Below are positions 30,562 through 37,871 of a stretch of 39,242 nt of DNA, piece after piece. The stretch spans positions 1-39,242 of the forward strand of contig JBBTRU010000036.1 in assembly GCA_038065015.1 (NCBI GenBank). Reading direction: 5' to 3'. Under the pieces are notes generated by a model. That model saw only the letters and a list, made by a program, of their open reading frames with translations, did not search any database and had not been told where the DNA came from. Numbering within the stretch: the first letter of the stretch is position 1; each line of letters begins with the position of its first letter. The stretch comes from Patescibacteria group bacterium (GTDB lineage: Bacteria > Patescibacteriota > Patescibacteriia > PEXW01). The position numbers and the translations under genes are program-made.

Positions 30562-30951
30562 CTATATATCCCTCTCCCTGGGTGGGAGAGGGTGGCCAAA
30601 GGCCGGGAGAGGGGGAAGCTGCTGCTGTATTTTTTCTAGAACTGCGGTAATGTCAGAGGCAATCTCATTATTCCAAACGCGAATAGTTTTCCACCCTTCG
30701 CTCTGTAACCACATATCACGTTCAGCATCGTGCACTCTTTGGTCTGGCTCATCATGTCCACTTCCATCAACTTCAACTATAAGTTTGTATTTCGGTGCAC
30801 AGAAATCAACAATATAATTACCAATGGGGTACTGTCGATAAAATTTGACCCCTCCAAAACGCCCTGCCCGTAAGTACTGCCAGAGTTTCGCTTCAGTATC
30901 CGTTTGTTTCTTTCGTAGAGTACGTGCAAATTTTGTTAGTGCATGGCGCAT
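30562..30951 (-). CDS. DUF559 (Vsr-like endonuclease fold) protein
   Basis: 129 aa with LRKKQTDTEAKLWQYLR...FYRQYPIGNYIVDF...LIVEVDGSGH...RVWNNEI. The C-terminus is encoded by repeat module Y. Confidence 0.85.
   Translation of the reverse strand: MRHALTKFARTLRKKQTDTEAKLWQYLRAGRFGGVKFYRQYPIGNYIVDFCAPKYKLIVEVDGSGHDEPDQRVHDAERDMWLQSEGWKTIRVWNNEIASDITAVLEKIQQQLPPLPAFGHPLPPRERDI
30569..30615. repeat. GC-rich hairpin module Y
   Basis: TCCCTCTCCC..GTGGGAGAGGGTGGCCaAAGGCCGGGAGAGGGG. Near-identical copy at 34882-34928. Confidence 0.85.
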
Positions 30952-30958
30952 GGTTTTT

Positions 30959-31004
30959 CCTCCTCTCCCCCGCTTCGCGGACCCTCTCCTACCAGAGGAG
31001 AGGG
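30959..31004. repeat. GC-rich hairpin module X
   Basis: CCTCCTCTCCCCCGCTTCGCGGACCCTCTCCTACCAGAGGAGAGGG is identical over 46 nt to 34823-34868. Its reverse complement supplies a GGAGG 7 nt before the DUF559 ATG. Confidence 0.9.
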
Positions 31005-31024
31005 GGTGCTAACAGACCCTACTT

Positions 31025-31450
31025 CTACCTCACCCCCGCCGGGGTAAGCACGTGCTTGCCGGCCGCAAAACCACTGGCGCCGCGCTCCAGGGTAAAGCTT
31101 ATTTCGTAGGTGGTGGCGTCTGGCACTTTAGCAACTAAATAGTCCGCGCCTCGTGGGTCTTGCAAGGTTGCAATGTTCGCAAAGTCTTGCTTGAGGTTGC
31201 ACGTCCGCACCGGCACGTTCACCGTGGCACAACCATTCTCGGCCGCGCTGGCGTAGCTCGACGTACGGTTAAACAACAGTAGGAAGCCCACCTGTAGCCG
31301 CGCCATATCGGCTACGCGCTGGGCATCGCGCGCCTTGGCCCGCTCGGCGCCAACGGCCCGCACACCCATAAAAAGCACCACCAAAAAGGCGAGGCTGACG
31401 AGGACGATGCTGATCATGGATGCTCCCTTTGGAATGCCCGACTGTAACAT
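31025..31450 (-). CDS. Divergent pilin-like protein (141 aa) with a degenerate class III signal
   Basis: MLQSGIPKG|ASMISIVLVSLAFLVV...AKARDAQRVADMARLQ has a pilin-type helix but no Phe+1 or Glu+5. Confidence 0.6.
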   Translation of the reverse strand: MLQSGIPKGASMISIVLVSLAFLVVLFMGVRAVGAERAKARDAQRVADMARLQVGFLLLFNRTSSYASAAENGCATVNVPVRTCNLKQDFANIATLQDPRGADYLVAKVPDATTYEISFTLERGASGFAAGKHVLTPAGVR

Positions 31451-31471
31451 TGTATGGTTTATTATTTTTTC

Positions 31472-32020
31472 TTACGTGCAGGGGGAGCCGGTCGGAGCAA
31501 TTTCTACCCCGGTCGAAAGTTTGGAAGAAAAAACCCACCAACTTTTATCAAAATCTACGGGTCGTTCAACTTGAGTAAGGAGAATATATTGTGAAGCTGA
31601 AGTTTGATTTACCGTACCGTCACCCACGCAGGAGATGTACCAAAATTGACGAGAAAGTGGTGTTGGTCCGTTGGTCGATACATTTGGTAAGCGTGCAATG
31701 TACTTGCTATTGCCGACCAGAGCATTAAAAAAACTACAGGCTGGACACCCGTCAGCATCGGCACGTACTGCGAATTGCGGGCTAGCTTCCGTTGTCCACC
31801 CTTGGTCTCCACCAATGGTAGAGTCTGGGTATACATTTCCGTTTGCATCATGGTACAGCAACAAACCCGTAGCCAGCTGCTTCAAGTCACTCTTCTTGGC
31901 GACGTCACGAGCCTTTTCCCGGGCGCCATTCAAGGCAATCAAACCCACAGCCGAAAGTATGCCAATTATTGCTATAACGACGAGTAGTTCGATGAGCGTG
32001 AAGCCTTCTTTTTTTACCAT
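31472..32020 (-). CDS. Type IV pilin paralog 2
   Basis: The ATG at 32020 gives MVKKEG|[33 protein letters not shown]. It has its own strong promoter. Confidence 0.88.
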   Translation of the reverse strand: MVKKEGFTLIELLVVIAIIGILSAVGLIALNGAREKARDVAKKSDLKQLATGLLLYHDANGNVYPDSTIGGDQGWTTEASPQFAVRADADGCPACSFFNALVGNSKYIARLPNVSTNGPTPLSRQFWYISCVGDGTVNQTSASQYILLTQVERPVDFDKSWWVFSSKLSTGVEIAPTGSPCT

Positions 32021-32054
32021 AACTAGTGGTATGAGAAGTATAGCCAGCGTAAGA

Positions 32055-32083
32055 ATTATACCCTTCTTGAGCGCGTATGCCAA
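32055..32083 (-). promoter_or_regulatory. Strong sigma70-type promoter for pilin paralog 2
   Basis: Minus strand TTGGCA (32078-32083), 17 nt, TATAAT (32055-32060). Confidence 0.6.
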
Positions 32084-32100
32084 ACTGACCTATAGAGACA

Positions 32101-33816
32101 CTATTTCTTATAAAACAGTGCTTCTCCAGGTTTGAGGATACTTTGGTAGGCTTGCTCGGCTTCAGCAATAAGCGAATCAGCTTTCTGCTGCTGGTTCCGG
32201 GCACGTAAAAAATTTACGTACTCAGCAGTAACATCTGGATGAAAGTGTCTATCAAGTTCGATGGCCCGTTGGTAATGCACCTCAGCACGGGCATCGTCCT
32301 TTTGGGCCACGGCTATTCGGGCAACCGCTATGTGCGTAGCGTAGCTCACGGGCGCCAACCAAAGTGCTCGTTCACCATACACTCTGGCTACCGTAATTGA
32401 GTCGGCACCTCCTGGCCTTGCAAGCCATAACGCATTTGCCAGCTTTGCTAGCAGCGCTGGATCGGGATCCCAGCGCAGTCCCGCTCGGTAATTTACAATC
32501 GCGCTGGTATAGTTTTCTTCCGCTAAATATTTTTCGGCACGCGCTAATGATGTATACGCCATGGCAACCCCTACCCCTCGAATGACGATGAAGCAGGCTA
32601 GGAGACCAACGACCCAACCAATCACCCGGCTGCTTGCGCGCGCTGGGCTTGCATTTTGCGTGACAACCAGGCCCGCAATACTCCAGAAAGCTAACCACAC
32701 GCCTGGGAAATGCCAGGCGAAATCAGTCACCGAATGCAGCCCGGAGGCCAGCAAACCCACGGCGGCGGCAAACAGTACCCCGCGTTCGGCGGACGGCGGA
32801 CGCAGTGAATGCACAATTGCTCGACCAAGTGCAAAAAAACTCAGTAAGCCGAGCAACCCAACGATTATTCCCCCTTCGGCCGCTAACTCAAGGTACGCGT
32901 TATGGGCATAACGAGGCTGCTCTAAACGGGATTCACCAAACTGTGAGTAGGACAACTGGTACGCACCAATACCGACGCCAGTGAAGGGTTTCGCTTGTGC
33001 CATTGCAAAAGATACCCGAATGAACTCCCAGCGTTGGCTGAAACTGCTGTTGAAGTGAGAGCGAGTAATAACTTGGTCCAGGCGGACAGCGCGCGTCACG
33101 CTACGTGTTTGTGCAAATCGAATTCCGATACTAAGCAGCACAACCGCAATGCAACCAACCAGGGCCCAACGAATGCATCGCAATAGTATTGCTCGGGGCT
33201 GCAAGGCAAGCCAAATAATTGCGGCCACACCGAGGCTAACCATACCGGTAAGCGAAAAACTCAGTGCAAGGGCGATAAGCAGGCAGGCAGCGGAAAATAT
33301 AGCAATCCACCGCTGCATGCCCTTACGTAACACGGCCATGCCAATTGCGAGCGGTAAAAATAAAACCGCAAACCCACCCAGTGCATTCGCATTTCCTAAG
33401 AAGCCCCCGGCCCTTTCGATATTTGAAAATGCGGCGAAGTTGATAATGGCCCAGAGCCCACCTAAACCAGCGATGCAAACCAATATGAAAAGTACACGTT
33501 GCCTAAACTCGCGGTCGAGCGTTCGAGCGGTAAAGAAAAAGCCAATACCGGTAAACCAGTAGATAAATGTACGCATGCTCGCGTACTTCTCCCCCGACCA
33601 GGGGAGTACAACGAGCATGACAACCAATAGCATGCTGAACCAAAATAAGGGTGACCGGTGGCTCTCCGCGTGTAAGCCGTCACGTGAGAGCAGAATAAGC
33701 AAAACGACAAGAATGCCGAGGAAGGCTTCAACCCAAGGTGACCAATCTGCCCCCATGGTCGATGCCGTAGCCAGACCAATGAGAAGGAGTGCGATGGTGA
33801 GCGTTGTACGGGACAT
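32101..33816 (-). CDS. O-antigen-ligase-like (Wzy_C) polytopic membrane protein with C-terminal TPR repeats
   Basis: Many TM spans and the RYAHNAYLELAAEGG motif. TPR-like C-terminus. Start is the ATG at 33816, or the GTG at 33834 per the track. Confidence 0.8.
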   Translation of the reverse strand: MSRTTLTIALLLIGLATASTMGADWSPWVEAFLGILVVLLILLSRDGLHAESHRSPLFWFSMLLVVMLVVLPWSGEKYASMRTFIYWFTGIGFFFTARTLDREFRQRVLFILVCIAGLGGLWAIINFAAFSNIERAGGFLGNANALGGFAVLFLPLAIGMAVLRKGMQRWIAIFSAACLLIALALSFSLTGMVSLGVAAIIWLALQPRAILLRCIRWALVGCIAVVLLSIGIRFAQTRSVTRAVRLDQVITRSHFNSSFSQRWEFIRVSFAMAQAKPFTGVGIGAYQLSYSQFGESRLEQPRYAHNAYLELAAEGGIIVGLLGLLSFFALGRAIVHSLRPPSAERGVLFAAAVGLLASGLHSVTDFAWHFPGVWLAFWSIAGLVVTQNASPARASSRVIGWVVGLLACFIVIRGVGVAMAYTSLARAEKYLAEENYTSAIVNYRAGLRWDPDPALLAKLANALWLARPGGADSITVARVYGERALWLAPVSYATHIAVARIAVAQKDDARAEVHYQRAIELDRHFHPDVTAEYVNFLRARNQQQKADSLIAEAEQAYQSILKPGEALFYKK

Positions 33817-33911
33817 GGAAAAAGCATAGCACACACAAATCGCTTACAGATACCGTTATTGAGATATGCGCTGTCGCTTACTGTGCTTGTGATAAGGAAA
33901 CAATATGAGAT

Positions 33912-33949
33912 TCTCATAAACGAAAACTGCCAGGAATCTGGCAGTTTTC
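33912..33949 (-). terminator. Rho-independent terminator after pilin paralog 1
   Basis: Minus strand GAAAACTGCCAG-attc-CTGGCAGTTTTC followed by GTTTATG. Confidence 0.75.
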
Positions 33950-33967
33950 TGATACAAACCCAATCTA

Positions 33968-34492
33968 CTACAAACAGGTTACGGTTCCGTGTGCTGAGGC
34001 TGCTGTACAAGCGACGATTGCTGCGGATTCGCAAGCAACTCCACCGCTGTAACCAACTACCCAGTAGGCACCAGTTTGCTTCCCACGCTCGAGTTGAGCG
34101 TAGAGGATATAATCAGATGCCGTTGTTGCGCCACATGATTTGTAACGATAGTCATATGCTGTGGCTTCGTCATTACTCGAAGGTGTCTTGGGCAGTTTCG
34201 AAATAAATTTCGTCGATCCCGCGAGTGCAGCGGTAAGTAAGCTATTGTCCGAGCCGCCACCAATCGCATCGCTTGCATCAACTGCGGCAGCATCCGCGTT
34301 CGGGAAATTATTGTACGTATCGTAGTACAAAGCCAAACCTGTGCGGATTTGTCCGAGGTCGCTCTTGCGCTGGCTGTCGCGAGCTTTTTCACGTGCACCA
34401 TTGAGTGCGATGAGGCCCACGGCAGACAGGATACCGATGATGGCGATAACCACCAACAGTTCGATAAGGGTAAAACCTTTTCTTTTTTGCAT
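33968..34492 (-). CDS. Type IV pilin paralog 1
   Basis: The ATG at 34492 lies 8 nt after GGGAGG. It gives MQKRKG|[33 protein letters not shown]. The track uses the GTG at 34501. Confidence 0.9.
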   Translation of the reverse strand: MQKRKGFTLIELLVVIAIIGILSAVGLIALNGAREKARDSQRKSDLGQIRTGLALYYDTYNNFPNADAAAVDASDAIGGGSDNSLLTAALAGSTKFISKLPKTPSSNDEATAYDYRYKSCGATTASDYILYAQLERGKQTGAYWVVGYSGGVACESAAIVACTAASAHGTVTCL

Positions 34493-34651
34493 GTCTGTCA
34501 CCTCCCTTCGCTTTATGCGGCGAAAGCGGATAGTCCGTCTGGGGGATCAGTGATCAGTACTGAACCACCCATCCTCCCCGCCCGCCTACGCTCCGATGGA
34601 GCTTCGGTGGACTAAGTTCAGGACGTTCCGCAGCCACGACAAGATAGGTAT

Positions 34652-34660
34652 ATTGTAGCA
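34652..34660 (-). promoter_or_regulatory. Candidate extended -10 promoter for pilin paralog 1
   Basis: Minus strand TGCTACAAT, about 160 nt upstream of the ATG. I see no good -35. Confidence 0.3.
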
Positions 34661-34674
34661 GGATTTGGGGGGAA

Positions 34675-34928
34675 GGGGTAGGCGTGGTCCCTTGACCGCG
34701 CCGATTTCCAACCAAGTCTCTAGCAAGACCCCTCCTTAGTCCTTCCGGTCGCTCCCGATGGGTCGCGCCGCCTTCGGCCCCTTCGTAAGGGGAGGATAAC
34801 TTTCAAACGGCCTACATTATCCCCTCCTCTCCCCCGCTTCGCGGACCCTCTCCTACCAGAGGAGAGGGATATTTTACAGTCTCCCTCTCCCCTCCGTGGG
34901 AGAGGGTGGCCGAAGGCCGGGAGAGGGG
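34675..34928. repeat. Cluster of GC-rich hairpin modules W, Z (with insert), X and Y
   Basis: W 34675-34703, Z 34727-34831, X 34823-34868, Y 34882-34928. Each matches copies elsewhere in the window. Confidence 0.85.
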
Positions 34929-34929
34929 T

Positions 34930-36138
34930 CTAATTAATCGCGTTGCTAATGTTGTAAATTGGCAGCAGAACCGAAGACACCATAAAGCCCACACCCACGC
35001 CCATGAGCAACAGGATGATTGGCTCGATAAGCGAAACCAGGTTGCGCACCAGGGCATCCAGCTCGTTCTCGTAAAACTGGGCGACCTTAATGAGCACTTG
35101 GTCCAAACGGCCGGACTGCTCGCCCACGCTCATCATCTGCGAGAGCATGAGCGGCACAGCCTTGCTCTTGACGAACACGGTGGTTATCGAGTTGCCGTCT
35201 TCGACCTCTTTAATGGTGCGGGCAATAATATCCTGGTACGTACCGTTGCCGACCACCTCGGCCGTAATGCTCAAGGCGTTGGAAATAGGCACACCCGAGG
35301 TCAGGAGTGTGGAGAGCGTGCGGGCAAACCGCGTAAGGTAGATCATGGTAAAAATCCTGCCCGCAATGGGGGTGCGGAGTTTGACAATATCGAGCACCCG
35401 CCTGCCGCCGGCCGTGCGGCGCCACATAATAAAACCGACAATAAGGCCGATGACAAAAAGCACTAGGACGTACCACTGGTTACGCGCGAAGTCGCTGACA
35501 GTAATAAGCAGCTTGGTGGTAAACGGCAGCTCGGCCCCGCCCTCGGCAAACACTTCGAGCAATTTTGGCAGCACGAACACCACCATGACAAAGCCGACCG
35601 CCAGCACGGCGAAGAGCACCACCGCCGGGTAGATAAAGGCCCCGCGCACGCGGCTGATGATGCCGTAGTCTTTCTCCCGCTGGTCGGCCAGGTAGATGAG
35701 CACTTCGTCCAGCTTGCCTGTGGTTTCGCCAGACCGGATCATGGACACGAAGAAATTGTTGAACACTTGCGGGTAGCGGCCCATGGCGGCCGAGAGCTTG
35801 GCGCCGCCGTCCACTTCGTCCAGCACGTCCGAGAGAATCATTTTAAAGTGCACGTTCTTGGTCTGGCGTACGAGGATGCGCAGCGACCGCACAATAGGTA
35901 CGTTGGCCGAAATCATAACCGAGAGCTGGCGGCTGAACACCACCTGCTCTTTTACGGATACGCGGTTGAACAAGTTGGCGCCGAGAAACTGCTGGCTCTT
36001 GGCCCGCTCGCGCAGGCTAATGATGGTGAGCTGCTTCTCCCGCAGCGTATCGTAGGCCGCAGACTCGGTGGGGGCCACGACGGCCCCTTCCACGGTCTGG
36101 CCTTGCAGGTTCTTGGCGCGGTAGTCGAAAATTGCCAT
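34930..36138 (-). CDS. pilC: Type IV pilus platform protein (GspF/PilC family)
   Basis: 402 aa with the duplicated T2SS-F architecture and three hydrophobic segments. Sits in pilB/pilT context. Confidence 0.92.
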   Translation of the reverse strand: MAIFDYRAKNLQGQTVEGAVVAPTESAAYDTLREKQLTIISLRERAKSQQFLGANLFNRVSVKEQVVFSRQLSVMISANVPIVRSLRILVRQTKNVHFKMILSDVLDEVDGGAKLSAAMGRYPQVFNNFFVSMIRSGETTGKLDEVLIYLADQREKDYGIISRVRGAFIYPAVVLFAVLAVGFVMVVFVLPKLLEVFAEGGAELPFTTKLLITVSDFARNQWYVLVLFVIGLIVGFIMWRRTAGGRRVLDIVKLRTPIAGRIFTMIYLTRFARTLSTLLTSGVPISNALSITAEVVGNGTYQDIIARTIKEVEDGNSITTVFVKSKAVPLMLSQMMSVGEQSGRLDQVLIKVAQFYENELDALVRNLVSLIEPIILLLMGVGVGFMVSSVLLPIYNISNAIN

Positions 36139-36141
36139 AAA

Positions 36142-37218
36142 TTAGCCGCGGTTTACCATGGTGCGAATGCTGGCCGGGTCTTGCGCCACGGCCTCGGCAT
36201 CTTCGGGCAAAATATCGCCCACGCCAACGAGGCTGGCCAGCGTCCGGTCGAGCGATTCCGTGCCGTCTTCCCGCGTGGTCTGGATGGTATTGGCCAGCTG
36301 CAAAAACTGGCCGTCGCGGATAACCGCGCGAGTGGCCGGGGCAGGGGTAAAAAGCTCCACCACCAGAATGCGGCCGCCGCCCACCCGGGGCACCAGGCGC
36401 AGGTTGATAACGCCCTGCAAGGCATCGGCCAGCTCTTTGCGCACGACGGGCTGGTCGGCCGGGGAAAAGGCATTCACCATGCGCTCAATGGCCTGGACGG
36501 TGGAATCGGCGGTGATAGTGGCCAGGATGAGCTTGCCGCTGTGCAGGGCTTTGACGCACGCGCGCATGTCCTCGGTGGTATCCAGCTCGGCAATTGCGAC
36601 AACATCGACATCTTCCATTTCGGTAAGCGCCAGGGCGTGGCCGATGCTCGGCACGTCGGTGCCAACTTCGCGCTGCTCGATAACGCTCTTCTGGCTCACC
36701 AGCAAAAACTCAATGGGTTGCTCGATGGTAAGAATGTGCGTAACCCGCTCTTGGTTAATGAGGTTGACCAGCGAGGCCAGCACCGTGGTGCGGCCCGAAC
36801 CATAGGGGCCGGAAATGAGCACCAGGCCGTGGGGGGCGCGGGCAAAAGTTTCGACCACCTTGGGCAAGCCCAACTCCCGGGGGGCCGGGATCGCATCGGG
36901 AATGTAGCGGAGATCGAGCGAGAGCGTGCCCTTCTGGTACATGGCGGTCAGGCGGAAGCGGAGCTTGCCTTCGAGCGCGACGGTGACGTGCAAATCGCGG
37001 TCTTTTTCCAAGGTGGCTTTCTGGCTGTCGTTGAGCACGCCGTCCATAAAGCCCTTTAGCACGTCGGCGCTGACTACGGGTTCCTGTTCCAGCGCCACGA
37101 GTTTGCCGTCCACGCGCAAGTAGGGCGGGTTGCCGGGCACAAGGTGCACGTCGGACGCGCGGTATTGCGTGGCCTGGGTAAGGATGCGGGTAATGGCTTG
37201 TTGTTCGGAGGTAAGCAT
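36142..37218 (-). CDS. PilT-like secretion ATPase with degenerate catalytic motifs
   Basis: 358 aa. Walker A is GPYGSGRTT (Arg where Lys is expected), TIEQPIEF replaces TIEDPIE, and ATITADS replaces the TLHT His box. Confidence 0.8.
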   Translation of the reverse strand: MLTSEQQAITRILTQATQYRASDVHLVPGNPPYLRVDGKLVALEQEPVVSADVLKGFMDGVLNDSQKATLEKDRDLHVTVALEGKLRFRLTAMYQKGTLSLDLRYIPDAIPAPRELGLPKVVETFARAPHGLVLISGPYGSGRTTVLASLVNLINQERVTHILTIEQPIEFLLVSQKSVIEQREVGTDVPSIGHALALTEMEDVDVVAIAELDTTEDMRACVKALHSGKLILATITADSTVQAIERMVNAFSPADQPVVRKELADALQGVINLRLVPRVGGGRILVVELFTPAPATRAVIRDGQFLQLANTIQTTREDGTESLDRTLASLVGVGDILPEDAEAVAQDPASIRTMVNRG

Positions 37219-37223
37219 GCGGG

Positions 37224-37283
37224 TTACGAAATACGAATTGGGACCTACGAAACTACGAATTACGAAAAGAGATACGAATTTCG
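37224..37283 (-). repeat. TTCGTAA-heptamer element upstream of the pilT-like gene
   Basis: Minus strand CGTATCTCTTTTCGTAATTCGTAGTTTCGTAGGTCCCAATTCGTATTTCGTAA, then CCCGC, then ATG. Confidence 0.85.
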
Positions 37284-37380
37284 GGAAACTTGCTAAGGCG
37301 CGGTCAATGCGCTATTCGTAATTTCCCGCCACCTATTGCAGTCAAGATAGAAGTCAGCGGGATCCCGCCCCATGGCGGGA

Positions 37381-37415
37381 CGTATATTCGTAGCATTTCC
37401 ATTCGTAATTCGTAA
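37381..37415 (+). repeat. TTCGTA-repeat arm in the opposite orientation
   Basis: CGTATATTCGTAGCATTTCCATTCGTAATTCGTAA abuts the receiver-gene stop. Confidence 0.8.
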
Positions 37416-37850
37416 TTACTTCACCAGCCTTTTCACCTTGGCCACCACTTCGGACGGCATGAAGTGCGCTTTGATGAGGTAGTCTACCGCGCCCAGCTTA
37501 AGGCCTTTCTGCACGTCTTCTTTCTGGCCCAGGTTGGTAAGCAGGATGACCGGTACGGGCTTGGTTTTCGGGTTGGCTTTTACTTCTTTGAGCACATCGA
37601 AGCCGCTCTTCTTGGGCAGGACGATATCCAGCAAAATGATATCCGGCACTTCGCGCTCGGCCAGGGTCACGGCCTGTTCGCCATCGCTGGCCAGCACCAC
37701 GCGAAAACCTTCCAGCTCGAGCTTTGTTACGTACATGCCGGCCAAAAAAGTATCATCTTCCACCAGGAGGATGGTGCTTTTGCCGGAGGGTTTTTTCACA
37801 CCGGTATCCGGGCTGGCTTTCTTCGGGGTTGGTCGTTTGGCAATTGGCAT
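37416..37850 (-). CDS. Stand-alone CheY-like receiver with a basic N-extension
   Basis: 144 aa, a paralog of 18777-19157 (shares LLVEDD, ILLDIVLP and LLTNLGQKEDVQKG). Lies between pilB and the pilT-like gene. Confidence 0.88.
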   Translation of the reverse strand: MPIAKRPTPKKASPDTGVKKPSGKSTILLVEDDTFLAGMYVTKLELEGFRVVLASDGEQAVTLAEREVPDIILLDIVLPKKSGFDVLKEVKANPKTKPVPVILLTNLGQKEDVQKGLKLGAVDYLIKAHFMPSEVVAKVKRLVK

Positions 37851-37871
37851 AGGGTGGTAAGGGGTGAAAAA

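Noticed and set aside
34823-34928. X-Y pair after pilC as a simple empty site for the DUF559 cassette
   Set aside because: On the coding strand the order here is Y'-X', whereas the cassette is X'-gene-Y'. A plain insertion or deletion relationship therefore does not fit. I report it only as a permuted junction.
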